A stretch of 64,000 nucleotides of DNA from an uncultured Verrucomicrobiae bacterium. Lineage in GTDB: Bacteria > Verrucomicrobiota > Verrucomicrobiia > Chthoniobacterales > JAFAMB01. Below the pieces are notes generated by a model, which saw only the letters and a program-made list of their open reading frames with translations, did no database searches and was not told where the DNA came from. Shown piece after piece: positions 50,315 to 60,958 of the stretch; within the stretch, counting starts at the first letter, position 1; each line of letters begins with the position of its first letter. Made by a program: the position numbers and the translations under genes. Where the stretch lies: NCBI GenBank assembly GCA_963762565.1, contig CAVXLD010000001.1:384001-448000 (forward strand), written 5' to 3'.

Positions 50315-50432
50315 GACGTGATTGGTGGCAGCCAGCGGAATCTTGCAGGGCATCGTCATGCGTCACGTGAGTCGCTCCTAGCATTTAAGCGGGCTACCTT
50401 GCTCGTCTACCCATCGGCGGTATTCTCGTGGA

Positions 50433-50981
<549 letters not shown>

Positions 50982-51078
50982 CCGGTCGCCGGATCATCTG
51001 CCTAAAATTGCGTTAACCGGAAGAGTAATATCTGCGAAGGTTTGTTGAAGACCGAAGCATGGCCATTATTGTTTTCGA

Positions 51079-51101
51079 CATCTGATGCGTGATGCGTGAT
51101 G
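51079..51101. promoter_or_regulatory. Putative TA operator (CATC/GATG repeats)
   Basis: CATCTGATG palindrome and repeated TGATG units immediately before the antitoxin ATG. Confidence 0.4.
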
Positions 51102-51110
51102 ATTGAGTCA

Positions 51111-51335
51111 ATGAGAACGACCTTAGATCTGGATGATGATATCTTGGCTGCGGCCAGATCGATTGCAGCTGCTCGGAAGGAAACGATGGGGAAAGTGGTA
51201 TCGGACCTGATTCGGCAAAGCCTCGCTGCCAAGGTAAAGAAGTCCCGGAGCGGTTTACCTCTGCTGCCTCATCGTCGGGGGGTGGTCGTCACCCAAGAGC
51301 TCATCGATAGACTACGGGAAGAACAAGGAATCTAG
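51111..51335 (+). CDS. vapB: VapB-type antitoxin (RHH/CopG-like)
   Basis: MRTTLDLDDDILAAARSIA..G.VVSDL.R..SGLPLLP..VVT.ELIDRLRE. Confidence 0.85.
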   Translation: MRTTLDLDDDILAAARSIAAARKETMGKVVSDLIRQSLAAKVKKSRSGLPLLPHRRGVVVTQELIDRLREEQGI

Positions 51336-51761
51336 GTGCAACGCCTTTTGGATATTAGCGTGCTAATCGCACTCTGTGACCCCAACCACCTCGCCCATGA
51401 GCGAGTCGCGTTGTGGTTTGAAGAAACGGGCGGAAAGGCCTGGGTCACATGTCCTATCACCGAGAATGGTTTTCTTCGAATTATATCCAGTCCCAGCTAC
51501 CCGGGGCTATCCGGTAGTGTGCCGGTCGCAGCCGAACTTCTGCGAAGGTTAAGGCGCCACCGAGGTCATCACTTTTGGGCAGACGACTACAGCATCGCGA
51601 ACGGTGTTGTTGACCTTCGACGAATCGCGGGTCCGAAACAGGTTACCGATCTTTACTTGTTAGGCTTAGCGACTCAACGGAAAGGTAAATTTAGCTCGCT
51701 GGATCTGAACGTCCCGGCAAAACTGGTGCAAGGAGGTACCGAAACCTACGAGATCATCTAA
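51336..51761 (+). CDS. vapC: VapC-family PIN-domain toxin
   Basis: LLDISVLIAL.DP.H..H, TCPITENGF, VTD.YLL.LA. Confidence 0.9.
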   Translation: MQRLLDISVLIALCDPNHLAHERVALWFEETGGKAWVTCPITENGFLRIISSPSYPGLSGSVPVAAELLRRLRRHRGHHFWADDYSIANGVVDLRRIAGPKQVTDLYLLGLATQRKGKFSSLDLNVPAKLVQGGTETYEII

Positions 51762-51866
51762 GCTGCTAAGGCGTGATGAACCAGTCCGGGGATTGGGAAG
51801 TGAGACGTGATTGGCAAGGCAAAACCAGCCGGACCGCAGTTTTAAGCCGACCAAGAGAATTACGTA

Positions 51867-52187
51867 GTGGTGTGTAATGCCACAGATGGGACGGTCTCTC
51901 GCAAAATCTTAGCGGCGCCGGACATCTGGGCGGATTTGAGTTTGGGACAACCTGCGCTGACACCCGATGGGAAGTACCTGTACGTCCCCTACTCATACAA
52001 CAACCAGTTGACCAGACCTTGTCACCAGGTCGCGATGATTGACGTCGGTACCGGAAAAATCCTTGGGAAAGTGATCACCGTAGGTAACTACCCCTATTGA
52101 GCCCAAGCGTCGCCAGACGGTAAAACCCTCTACGTCGCGAATGTGAACGATGGAACGGTCACGGTGATAGACATCTCTCCGCAATAA
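51867..52187 (+). pseudogene. 3' remnant of a YVTN-type beta-propeller gene with an internal stop
   Basis: TPDGKYLYV, VAMIDVGT, VGNYPY*AQASPDGKTLYVANVNDGTVTVID. In-frame TGA at 52098-52100; 5' part missing. Confidence 0.75.
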
Positions 52188-52209
52188 CGCTCCGCTCTGC
52201 GCTTAATCA

Positions 52210-53388
52210 CTATCGATTCTTTTGCGCAGTTTCGATTGCCTCTGCGTAGACTGCTTCCAACTTTCCGATCTGCTGCTGTTGCTCAAAGTTCTGAGCTACA
52301 GACCGACTGGCTTGTGTTCCCATCTGTCGCCAAAGATCCGTCTGGCTTGCGAGCTTGAGCAGAGCCCCAAACAACGCTGGCTCATCCCGCTCGGGAACTA
52401 GGATCCCGTCCGCTCCTTCTTGCACTGCTTCCGGGATTCCTCCGTGCCGGGTAGCAACTACGGGCAGCCCACTGGCCATCGCTTCCAACATGGAATTTGG
52501 AATCCCTTCTTGGTTAGAGTCGGCGGTAAGTTCGCTTGGATGAATGAAAATATGGCTCTCTCGATAGACCTGGCGCAGGTCGTCCTGATTGAGAAAGCCG
52601 GTCAACCTGACTTGATCCCCAAGCGAAAGTTCGTTGATCCTCCGCGCCAAGGCGTCTTTCATGGGGCCTTCCCCCGCGATCACTAACCGGGCGTTGGGAT
52701 AGTCACTGCTAAACCGGCGAAACGCAGCCAAGGTAGTTAATAAACCCTTTTTCTCCACCAACCGGCACGCCTGAACCAGCTGCCACTGGCCGTTGACCGG
52801 AGCCGGACGATCAACCCAAGGGAAGTTCTGCAAAGGGATACCCGTGCGATTCAATCGGATCTTTTCGGGTTTACATCCGAGCTCCTGGAGCCGGTTCGCC
52901 AGGGATTGGCTGCGCACCAACACCAAAGGCGCGAGTTGCAGCATTTGGGTTAGTTTCTGGTCGTACCCTTTTTCCTTGGGCCGTCTTTGAACATCCATCC
53001 CGTGAAAGGAGACTACCCAGGCACGGTCCCATCGCGTGAGTAGAGGCAGCAGGTGAACGCCGGTATTTCCAAAATAGACATGAATCAGTTCGGGATCGCG
53101 CCGGATCAAAATCCTACGGATAGCATCATATTCTCCGCGATAAACTAGCGCCGGTTTTCTGGCAAAGTACTTCAGATAACCTCGCCGCAGCAGATGCCGT
53201 TTCGGCGCAATCATGGGTTCGATATCGTCGAAAGGGAAACGATCCGCATTTTGCCGATGTTTCGTAATCACAAAAGTCTGAAACGTTTGCAGCCCGGTTA
53301 GCTGGCGATAGATATGCAGCATTTCCGGTTTCAGGAAGAAAGTGCAGAAACTAGCGACCAGGGGCTTGGGCGATGACACAGGGGACAA
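52210..53388 (-). CDS. Family 4 glycosyltransferase
   Basis: SFHGMD, RLVEKKG, EGIPNSMLEAMASGLPVVATRHGGIPE. Confidence 0.92.
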   Translation of the reverse strand: MSPVSSPKPLVASFCTFFLKPEMLHIYRQLTGLQTFQTFVITKHRQNADRFPFDDIEPMIAPKRHLLRRGYLKYFARKPALVYRGEYDAIRRILIRRDPELIHVYFGNTGVHLLPLLTRWDRAWVVSFHGMDVQRRPKEKGYDQKLTQMLQLAPLVLVRSQSLANRLQELGCKPEKIRLNRTGIPLQNFPWVDRPAPVNGQWQLVQACRLVEKKGLLTTLAAFRRFSSDYPNARLVIAGEGPMKDALARRINELSLGDQVRLTGFLNQDDLRQVYRESHIFIHPSELTADSNQEGIPNSMLEAMASGLPVVATRHGGIPEAVQEGADGILVPERDEPALFGALLKLASQTDLWRQMGTQASRSVAQNFEQQQQIGKLEAVYAEAIETAQKNR

Positions 53389-53418
53389 ATCTCACACAAA
53401 GGTACAAAGGCACAAATT

Positions 53419-53586
53419 TGGAGCGCGCCTCGCTTGCGAGGCCGTGGTGAGCAGGGCTGAGGGTCAAGCAGAAGGGTTATCCGGCCCGCGCTCTGCAGGT
53501 ACCCGAGATAGAGCGCAAACAGAGATGGGACGCATATCACGATGTCCCCTTGTCACTACGGCCTCGCAAGCGAGGCAGCGCTCCAC
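53419..53586. repeat. GTGG-REP doublet
   Basis: Inverted REP copies at 53419-53450 and ~53553-53586 between divergent genes. Confidence 0.85.
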
Positions 53587-53678
53587 GGGTGGCGATCCCT
53601 TCGGTCTCGCGAGCGCGCCTCGCCCTACCAGAGAATCTCGCGCGTGAGTTTCCTCCCACGGTGCACTATTTTGTTTTG

Positions 53679-54566
53679 ATGGCAGCCATTCAGAACACGG
53701 TCGGGATCGTGTACGACTATGACCAGACCTTGAGTCCTGCCTACATGCAGGACGATGTCATTTTCCCGGCATTTGGCATCAATGCGGAGAAGTTCTGGCG
53801 TCGCTGCGCTGAGTTGGTTCAAGAACAAGGGTACGACCAGGAACTCGCTTACATGAAATGTTTGCTCGACTATTTGGCGGTCGACCGGCCGACAAATCAG
53901 CAGCTACAACAGCTCGGAGCCAAGATGAGCCTATACCGCGGGCTGCCGGAGATGTTTGAAGAATTTCAGGAAGGATTATTGACTGCGGAACAGGTCGAAA
54001 CCGGAATTCGAGTCGAGCATTACGTCGTTTCTTCCGGGCTCAAGGTGCTAATTGAAGGGAGCAGAATCCGTCCTTTTCTGCGGGCCGTGTTTGGTTGCGA
54101 ATATGCCGAAGATGAGGCTGGCCGGATTACGTTTCCGAAAAGAGTAATCAGCCACACCCAAAAGACCCAATATCTGTTCAGGATCAACAAGGGCCTGCTG
54201 GATATGTCGCAAGACGTAAATGATCACATGCCAGATGACGTTCGTCCGATCCCGTTCCGGAACATGATCTATATCGGCGACGGTCCCACTGATGTTCCTT
54301 GTTTCACAATCATGAAAAAAAATGGTGGGAACGCCATCGCCGTTTACAATCCGGACGATCCGGAACGAGCCAGCTTTCGAAAATGTTTCGACTTAGCCAC
54401 GCGAGCCCAGCGGGTCCGGCACATTGCGCCGGCTGATTATCGGCAGAACAGTCATTTCCGCCTGCTCCTGGAAGAAATGGTCCGCGATGTGGTGGACCGG
54501 ATCCTAGCGGAACGAAAAGCAAGCGCGGAAGCCGGGGTTGTGCACGCACCGAAACACCTGGTCTAG
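53679..54566 (+). CDS. HAD-superfamily hydrolase
   Basis: YDYDQTL motif I, VSSG, KTQYLFRINKG, YIGDGPTDVP. Start placed at MAAIQN. Confidence 0.88.
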   Translation: MAAIQNTVGIVYDYDQTLSPAYMQDDVIFPAFGINAEKFWRRCAELVQEQGYDQELAYMKCLLDYLAVDRPTNQQLQQLGAKMSLYRGLPEMFEEFQEGLLTAEQVETGIRVEHYVVSSGLKVLIEGSRIRPFLRAVFGCEYAEDEAGRITFPKRVISHTQKTQYLFRINKGLLDMSQDVNDHMPDDVRPIPFRNMIYIGDGPTDVPCFTIMKKNGGNAIAVYNPDDPERASFRKCFDLATRAQRVRHIAPADYRQNSHFRLLLEEMVRDVVDRILAERKASAEAGVVHAPKHLV

Positions 54567-54606
54567 AGGAGCGCTCATCTTCGTTATTGTCCTCGTCGTT
54601 CCCTCG

Positions 54607-54836
54607 CCCACGACCTGGAGGGGAGCCGCTTTGTAAGGTGGCAGCTCTGTAAGTTAACAGCAGGCGGCTCCCGAGCACGGCCCCTGAGCTCGGCAGTTCT
54701 ATGGCGGCGTCGCAAATCGGTGCCTGTTCCAAGCGCGTCTAGGCTGCATGGCTAAAGCTGGGTAATTCCCGGGAGCCGCCCGCTGCTTCCCGGTAGAGCT
54801 GCCACCTTACAAAGCGGCTCCCCTCCAGGTCGTGGG
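54607..54836. repeat. REP-like inverted-repeat doublet
   Basis: 54607-54647 pairs with 54795-54836 (about 41 bp), with an inner CGGCTCCCG/CGGGAGCCG pair. Confidence 0.8.
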
Positions 54837-54909
54837 TAGCTCGACGACACGGAGTGATGCCCACTGTCGGTAAACCGTCCTCGGTTCCGACCGCATCGGC
54901 CTCGTCCCG

Positions 54910-54935
54910 CGGCGCGCGGGGACGCGCGCCCTCCC
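54910..54935 (-). repeat. Single GGAG-REP
   Basis: CGGCGCGCGGGGACGCGCGCCCTCCC, identical to the arm at 11751-11776. Confidence 0.75.
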
Positions 54936-55010
54936 ACGCTATTACTCCACAATTGACTCCAAAAAGTGCGTCTAAATTGATAACAACCCTTACGTTGCGA
55001 CGCAGGAGCT

Positions 55011-58000
55011 ATGGACAGAAATCCCGAACCGGCATCGGTCTTCATTAGCTGCTCTTCGGCGGACCATCCCATCGCCGAGGCGGCATGTGAAGTCTTGGAA
55101 ACGAACGGAGTCGCGTGCTGGATGGCGCCGCGAAACGTGGATCCCGGATTACCCTATGCCGGACAGATCATCCAGGGTTTGCGGGAATCCAAGGCGGCCG
55201 TCCTGCTCTTCAGCCAAAACGCTAATCAGTCGGCCGACGTTTTGCGCGAGATCGAATTCGCGATCAACCAGGGTATGCCTGTCCTATCAGTCCGGTTAGA
55301 CCAGACCGTCATGAACGACGATCTAGCCTATTTCTTGCGCGTTGTTCATTGGCACGATGTTTCGGGACGCGCGAACGACCAGGAGCGAGTAACCGATTTG
55401 CCTGGCCAGGTGCTCAGACTGTTCGCTATCTCTGGATCCGCTGAGGAGAAAACACCACCCGCCGTTGCGGCAGCCTCCCGGTTTGGCGATTTCGAGATTC
55501 TCGCTGCACCGGATGGTCGGCCAGTTGAACTAGGCCGAGGCGGCATGGGAGTAACTTATCGCGCCCGCCAACTTTCAATGGGAGGAAGGGAAGTCGCTCT
55601 CAAAGTAATCAATCCTCAGCTAATGGGCGATGAGGGGATCCGGAAACGGTTCCTGCGTGAAGCGCAAACCGCCGGCGCCATTGAACATCCAAATGTTGCT
55701 TTGGTTTATTCCCGGGGCCAAGAGGGCGATTCTTATTTTTATGCGATGCAATTGGTCGATGGAGTCGACCTGGACAAATATGTTAAGGAACACGGTCCAC
55801 TCTCGGTCCCCCAGGCGTTAAGTGTGACCGCTCAAGTCGCAGCCGCCTTGGAAGCGGCCCGGGTTAAGGGTCTGATCCACCGCGACATTAAACCGAGCAA
55901 TATCATGGCGGCCGAAGGTCGGCGGAGCCGGTTACAAATCAAGCTCATCGATTTCGGATTAGCCAAGAACGTTGGCGGCGCCACTACTCAGCAATCGATG
56001 GTCAGCGGCGAGCAATTCATAGGAACATTCGCGTTTGCCAGCCCAGAACAATGCAGACGACAGGAATTGGATACGCGCTCGGATCTGTATTCGCTTGGAG
56101 TTACTCTGTGGTTTTTGTTGACCGGAAAAGCGCCCTTCCGGGGCAGCCCGGAGGAAGTTAGTGGTTCGCACCTATTTCAAGACGCGCCATTCGAGGCGCT
56201 CCCATCGCTGCCGCTCGAAGTAATCGAGCTGCTCAAAAGTCTGCTGGCTAAAGATCCGGCCGACCGACCACAGACTCCGGCCGAGTTGGAGGATCGGGTT
56301 GAAGCGCTGCTGAGCACTCTCCCGGCGGACTTGCCGGCACCACCGGCGGAACCTGCACCAACCGGAGCAAGCACCCTGGTCCGGACATCGGGTGACGACC
56401 TTGGCGGTCGGACGTTAATCGGTTCGCTTGTATTGTCGACTTACCTGGCCGCAGCCGCCGGACAGAGCAAGGAAGAACGGTTTCAATTGATACAGGAACT
56501 CCGGGAAGGGGTTAGCGGCCGGCTATTCCGGGCTCGAGAAGCCAGAGGCGATACGTCTCGCGAAGTGGGTCTCAAGTTCCTGCATCCGAGCATTGTATCC
56601 GACGCCGAAAAACAGAAATTGCTCCGCGACCAGTTTGATCGGGTCTCCAATTTACCCCTCGAACATCTTGTGGCTCATTACAGTCTTGAGCTGAGTGCAC
56701 AGCCTCCTTTTCTGGTCCGCGAATGGCTCAACGGTTTCAGTCTCAGCGCTCTGCTACGTTGGAAACAGGTTCTATCGGCGAAGGAACTGATCAAGTTACT
56801 AGCACCGTTGCCGGCGCTCCTCGATCAGCTGGCAAAGCATTCGCTCGCCTTAACCGAGGTTAGTTTGGCGAAAGTCTTTTTAGCCTTTCCTCCAGATATC
56901 ACATCCGAGACGTTCCCGGTGCTGGCCAAACGTTCAATCGAAGGACTCCAGTACGGACAGCTCAAACTCAACCCGTTGAGTCTTCGGGGCCTGGCAAAGC
57001 GCTCCAGCAACTCAGACAGTGATCCGACCCTACTTTCGACTAGCCGGCTACTCGCATTGAGCCAGGCTAAAATGGGCATCCGCGGCAAGGCACCCGTACC
57101 ACTGCTTGGCCGGGTGGTTTACGAGCTCTTGAGCGGCTACCCGTACCCCCCGCAAGGGGCCGAGAGCTACGCTCCGCTAACCGCAATCAACGAGGCCGGA
57201 AACAGACTGCTCCGGACGGCGATCATCACGCCCGCCTCCGCCGGCGGTTTTTCTGATTGTCAAAGTTTTTGGCAGGCTTTCGGCCCGAGCTTGGATCTAT
57301 CCCGCAGAGCAGTACCTACGCCGGTCGCGGTGCCACCGCCGCGACCCGTTGAACTGCCGCCAAGGATAACACCACCGTCAAGGATAACGCCGCCGCCGGC
57401 GACTGTGCCGACCCCAACGTATCTTCCCCAAAAATCTTCTCCAGACTGGTCAACACAGACAGCCGCAACGGGACCGGCCCCGTTTCCGAACGCAGTGGCT
57501 CCACCGGCACGCAAGCGCTCAGTATGGATGTTTGTTTGGATCTTGCTCACGGTTGGAGCACTTGGATTTTGCTTGCTGGCAATCGCGGCGTTCTCGGTGA
57601 GTCAATTGATGCTCGCCGGCAGGCGTTCACAGACAACCGCAATAACGCCGGCGAGCAGCTCGACGCCGGCCCCCTCTGGTACGACCACAGAAGCGACTCC
57701 CCAACCCACCCTGGTGGCCGAAGCGACACCTCAGTCATCTCCGACCATCGCGGCGCTCAAAGCGACGCCTTTGGCCTCACCGAGTGTTGCTCCGCCATTC
57801 AACGAAGCCTTTACCCGAGGAAAGCGCGAGGCAGAACAGGATCAGTACGACAAGGCCATCGCCGACTACACTGAGGCGATCCGGCTCAAGCCGGATTTCG
57901 CGGATGCGTATGCCAATCGGGCGTTTGCTTACGGCAGCCTTGAGCAGTACGACAAGGCCGTCGCTGATTGCAACGAAGCCATCCGCCTGCAGCCGGATTC

Positions 58001-58913
58001 CGCCGAAGCATACAAAAACCGAGGTGGCGCCTATTGTAACCTAAAGCAGTACGATAAAGCCATCGCCGACTGTAACGAAGCGATCCGCCTAAAGCCGGAT
58101 TTTGCCAGAGCTTACAGCAACCGGGGCAATTCGTACCTCGGTCTGAAGGAATACGACAAAGCCATGGCTGACTACAATCAAGCGATCCGTCTCGATCCTG
58201 AGCTGGCCCAGGCCTACAGCAATCGCGCAAATACCTTTAGTCTCTTGAAGCAATACGACAACGCGGTTGCTGACGCTACTGAAGCGATCCGCCTCAAGCC
58301 CAACTTTGCTCTGCCTTATATCAATCGCGCCTTCGCTTACAACTGCCTAGGGCAATACGACAAAGCGATTCCTGACTGCACCGAAGCGATCGGCATTAAG
58401 CCCAATTTCGTTCTGGCCTATACCAATCGCGGCATCGCTTACAACAACCTGAAGCAATACGACAGAGCCATCGCCGACTTCACTGAGGTTATACGACTCC
58501 AGCCAGACCTTCCGGATGCTTACAACGACCGCGGCTTCGCTTACAATGGCCTGGCGCTTTACGACAAGGGTATCGCCGACTGCACAGAGGCTATCCGCCT
58601 TAAGCCAGATTATATCGCACCCTACCTCAATCGAGCAGTAGCCTACGGTAGCCTTAAGCAATACGACAAAGTCATTGCCGACTGCACTGAAGCCATGCGC
58701 ATCGATCCCAACAATGCCGTGCCTTACTATGACCGCGGAATTGCCTACTATTGGCTAAAGCATTACCAAAAAGCGGTTGAGGATTATACCGAAGCGATTC
58801 GCCTCCAACCGAACTATTGGCAAGCCTACGGGAATCGAGCAAACGCCTACCAACAACTGGGCGAAACCGAGAAAGCTAGACGCGACCTAGCCCGAGCCAA
58901 AGAATTGAAGTAA
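55011..58913 (+). CDS. TIR - Ser/Thr kinase - pseudokinase - TM - TPR protein
   Basis: VFIS..W.APR..REIE (TIR); GRGGMG/VALK/HRDIKPSN/DFG/SPE (kinase); degenerate second kinase; one TM; 11 TPR units. Confidence 0.88.
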   Translation: MDRNPEPASVFISCSSADHPIAEAACEVLETNGVACWMAPRNVDPGLPYAGQIIQGLRESKAAVLLFSQNANQSADVLREIEFAINQGMPVLSVRLDQTVMNDDLAYFLRVVHWHDVSGRANDQERVTDLPGQVLRLFAISGSAEEKTPPAVAAASRFGDFEILAAPDGRPVELGRGGMGVTYRARQLSMGGREVALKVINPQLMGDEGIRKRFLREAQTAGAIEHPNVALVYSRGQEGDSYFYAMQLVDGVDLDKYVKEHGPLSVPQALSVTAQVAAALEAARVKGLIHRDIKPSNIMAAEGRRSRLQIKLIDFGLAKNVGGATTQQSMVSGEQFIGTFAFASPEQCRRQELDTRSDLYSLGVTLWFLLTGKAPFRGSPEEVSGSHLFQDAPFEALPSLPLEVIELLKSLLAKDPADRPQTPAELEDRVEALLSTLPADLPAPPAEPAPTGASTLVRTSGDDLGGRTLIGSLVLSTYLAAAAGQSKEERFQLIQELREGVSGRLFRAREARGDTSREVGLKFLHPSIVSDAEKQKLLRDQFDRVSNLPLEHLVAHYSLELSAQPPFLVREWLNGFSLSALLRWKQVLSAKELIKLLAPLPALLDQLAKHSLALTEVSLAKVFLAFPPDITSETFPVLAKRSIEGLQYGQLKLNPLSLRGLAKRSSNSDSDPTLLSTSRLLALSQAKMGIRGKAPVPLLGRVVYELLSGYPYPPQGAESYAPLTAINEAGNRLLRTAIITPASAGGFSDCQSFWQAFGPSLDLSRRAVPTPVAVPPPRPVELPPRITPPSRITPPPATVPTPTYLPQKSSPDWSTQTAATGPAPFPNAVAPPARKRSVWMFVWILLTVGALGFCLLAIAAFSVSQLMLAGRRSQTTAITPASSSTPAPSGTTTEATPQPTLVAEATPQSSPTIAALKATPLASPSVAPPFNEAFTRGKREAEQDQYDKAIADYTEAIRLKPDFADAYANRAFAYGSLEQYDKAVADCNEAIRLQPDSAEAYKNRGGAYCNLKQYDKAIADCNEAIRLKPDFARAYSNRGNSYLGLKEYDKAMADYNQAIRLDPELAQAYSNRANTFSLLKQYDNAVADATEAIRLKPNFALPYINRAFAYNCLGQYDKAIPDCTEAIGIKPNFVLAYTNRGIAYNNLKQYDRAIADFTEVIRLQPDLPDAYNDRGFAYNGLALYDKGIADCTEAIRLKPDYIAPYLNRAVAYGSLKQYDKVIADCTEAMRIDPNNAVPYYDRGIAYYWLKHYQKAVEDYTEAIRLQPNYWQAYGNRANAYQQLGETEKARRDLARAKELK

Positions 58914-58926
58914 ACCGATCTTCAAT

Positions 58927-60672
58927 TCAGGGTCGCTTCCGCCGCAAAACTTTCGCAACTTCTTCACCTGGCAGGCAGTTAATCACGTCCTCTCGTGATA
59001 ACCATCCTTTGCGGGCGGCTTGCACACCGAACCAAAGGTCCTGGAAACCGGCCATCGAGTGCGCATCCGGGTTGATCGAACAGAGGACACCCAATTCTTT
59101 GGCATGCCGCCATAAGCGCCAATCCATGTCTAGACGGCGCGGATTCGCGTTCAGCTCGATAATCGTCTTGGTTGCGGCAGCGGCTTTGATGATCTCGCCC
59201 AGATCAACTTTGTAGGGCTCACGAGAAAGGAGCAACCGGCCCGTTGGGTGACCAAGCATGGTGACATACGGGTTCTCCATCGCCCGAATCATCCGGTCGG
59301 TCATCGCTTTTTCCGGCATCGACAGAGCATTGTGGACGCTGGCCACAACAAAATCCAATTGCGCTAGAATCTCATCCGAAAAGTCGAGTTTGCCATCCCG
59401 GAGAATGTCGCATTCCACGCCGGTAAAAATGAAAAACTCCCCATGAAATCCCGCGTTCAGCTCGCGAATCGCTTTCACTTGTTGCAGCAGCTTTTCTTCG
59501 GAGAGTCCGTGGGCTTGGAACGAGCTTTTACTATGATCCGACATTCCGAGATACTGCAGTCCCAGATCCCGCGCTGCTGCCGCCATTTCGGCCAAGGTAT
59601 TTCTACCGTCAGTCTCGCTAGTGTGAGCGTGAAATGTTCCTCGAAGATTAGTGAGTTCGATCAGCTTCGGTAATTTACCGGCTTCAGCCGCTTCAATCTC
59701 TCCGGTTGCTTCTCTCAGCTCGGGAACGACATAGTCTAAACCGAGAGCAGCATAAAGGTCGGTTTCCGTATCGATCGCGGGGATCGGCTTGGGAGGCTGC
59801 TTAGCGGTCGGTTCGGGACCGAGTCGATATTCGTTCAGAGTCCAGCCATTTCGCAAAGCTCTGCCTCTGAGAGCGACATTGTGTTCTTTGCTACCGGTAA
59901 AATAAGCCAAAGCGAAAGGGAACTCATGGTTAGCAACCACCCGAAGATCGGACTGCATTCCGTTCTTCAACAACACGCTGGTTTTGGTTTCTCCTTTCGC
60001 CAACACCCGCTCAATCAACGGGAAAGTCACAAAATGTTCGGTAATGCTTTTTGGATTCTTGGTTGCAATCAGGACATCGAGGTCGCCGATGGTTTCTTTA
60101 GATCGCCTCAAGCTGCCGGCCGAGCTGATCTGAGAGACATCCGGATGGTCCCGGAAGTGTTCTAGCATTTGTTCCATCACCGTGGTGGCTTCCGAAAGCA
60201 GATGCCGGTCGGAATGTTTCTCTCGCCGTTCAATCGCCCGGAGAAAATTATCGGCCGTCTTTTCTCCAAAACCCGGCAAGTCGGCAACCCGACCATCGCG
60301 ACAGGACGCCTCCAAATCGGCGATACTTTTCACGTGCAACGTTTCCCACAAAACCTTGATTTTTTTCGCGCCAAGCCCCTGAAGCTCGAAGAGTTCCGAT
60401 AGGCTGTCCGGGAAACTACCGCGAAGCTCCTCGTAATACCCGAGCTTACCGGTGGTAGCGAATTCTTCGATCTTCTTAGCGATGGCGGAGCCGATCCCTT
60501 CCAGTTCTTCGAGGCGTTTCTGCGTTACTAACTCCGGGAAGTTGCCGGAAAAGGTCTCCAACGCTCGACCTGCATTCGTGTAAGCGCGAATCTTGAACGG
60601 ATTCTCGCCCTTCAACTCAAGCAACCTCGAGATCGATTCGAGCAAGGCAATGGTTTGTTCTTTAGTAACCAT
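58927..60672 (-). CDS. polX: DNA polymerase X / PHP 3'-5' exonuclease
   Basis: GENPFKIRAY, AGSLRR.KETIGDLD, YFTGSKEHN, PHP motifs HAHT..DG and DAH. Confidence 0.95.
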   Translation of the reverse strand: MVTKEQTIALLESISRLLELKGENPFKIRAYTNAGRALETFSGNFPELVTQKRLEELEGIGSAIAKKIEEFATTGKLGYYEELRGSFPDSLSELFELQGLGAKKIKVLWETLHVKSIADLEASCRDGRVADLPGFGEKTADNFLRAIERREKHSDRHLLSEATTVMEQMLEHFRDHPDVSQISSAGSLRRSKETIGDLDVLIATKNPKSITEHFVTFPLIERVLAKGETKTSVLLKNGMQSDLRVVANHEFPFALAYFTGSKEHNVALRGRALRNGWTLNEYRLGPEPTAKQPPKPIPAIDTETDLYAALGLDYVVPELREATGEIEAAEAGKLPKLIELTNLRGTFHAHTSETDGRNTLAEMAAAARDLGLQYLGMSDHSKSSFQAHGLSEEKLLQQVKAIRELNAGFHGEFFIFTGVECDILRDGKLDFSDEILAQLDFVVASVHNALSMPEKAMTDRMIRAMENPYVTMLGHPTGRLLLSREPYKVDLGEIIKAAAATKTIIELNANPRRLDMDWRLWRHAKELGVLCSINPDAHSMAGFQDLWFGVQAARKGWLSREDVINCLPGEEVAKVLRRKRP

Positions 60673-60730
60673 GTTGAGTAACGCCGGGAACGCTCCGGCA
60701 GCTAGCGATGCGCGTCAACTTAACGAGTTG

Positions 60731-60935
60731 GCCCCCTGACGTGGGAGGGCGCGCTGCCTCGCGCGCCGCGAACAGGTCTGTATCATCGCCATAGCTAGAC
60801 GTTCGGGTCTGGTCTGTGATGGGCTCCGAGAACAACTGATCGCGGGGATCCGCTGTCGCCCTCCGTCCTGCGACACGCAATATTCGCACGAAGGCTATGG
60901 CGGACGGGCTGCGATCCCTCCCAGCGCTGGGTCCG
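60731..60935. repeat. GGAG-REP unit with a 60-bp insertion in its second hairpin
   Basis: Aligns by eye with the reverse complement of ~11655-11790, including the spacer. GATCGCGGGGA|..GCGATCCCTCCC is interrupted at 60849-60908. Confidence 0.75.
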
Positions 60936-60958
60936 CCGTTCCCGGCGTTGTCGGCGTT

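Noticed and set aside
52098..52100. Selenocysteine or TGA recoding
   Set aside because: The context predicts Trp, the gene is also 5'-truncated, and many intact genes here end in TGA.
53550..53678. N-terminal extensions of the HAD gene (and likewise 41914-41997 and 43414-43566) through REP sequence
   Set aside because: Each gene has a good downstream ATG where family similarity begins, so these REPs are intergenic, unlike the pilin cases.
57800..58900. 102-bp nucleotide repeats as an array or DGR-like target
   Set aside because: They are in-frame TPR coding repeats and no reverse transcriptase is in the window.
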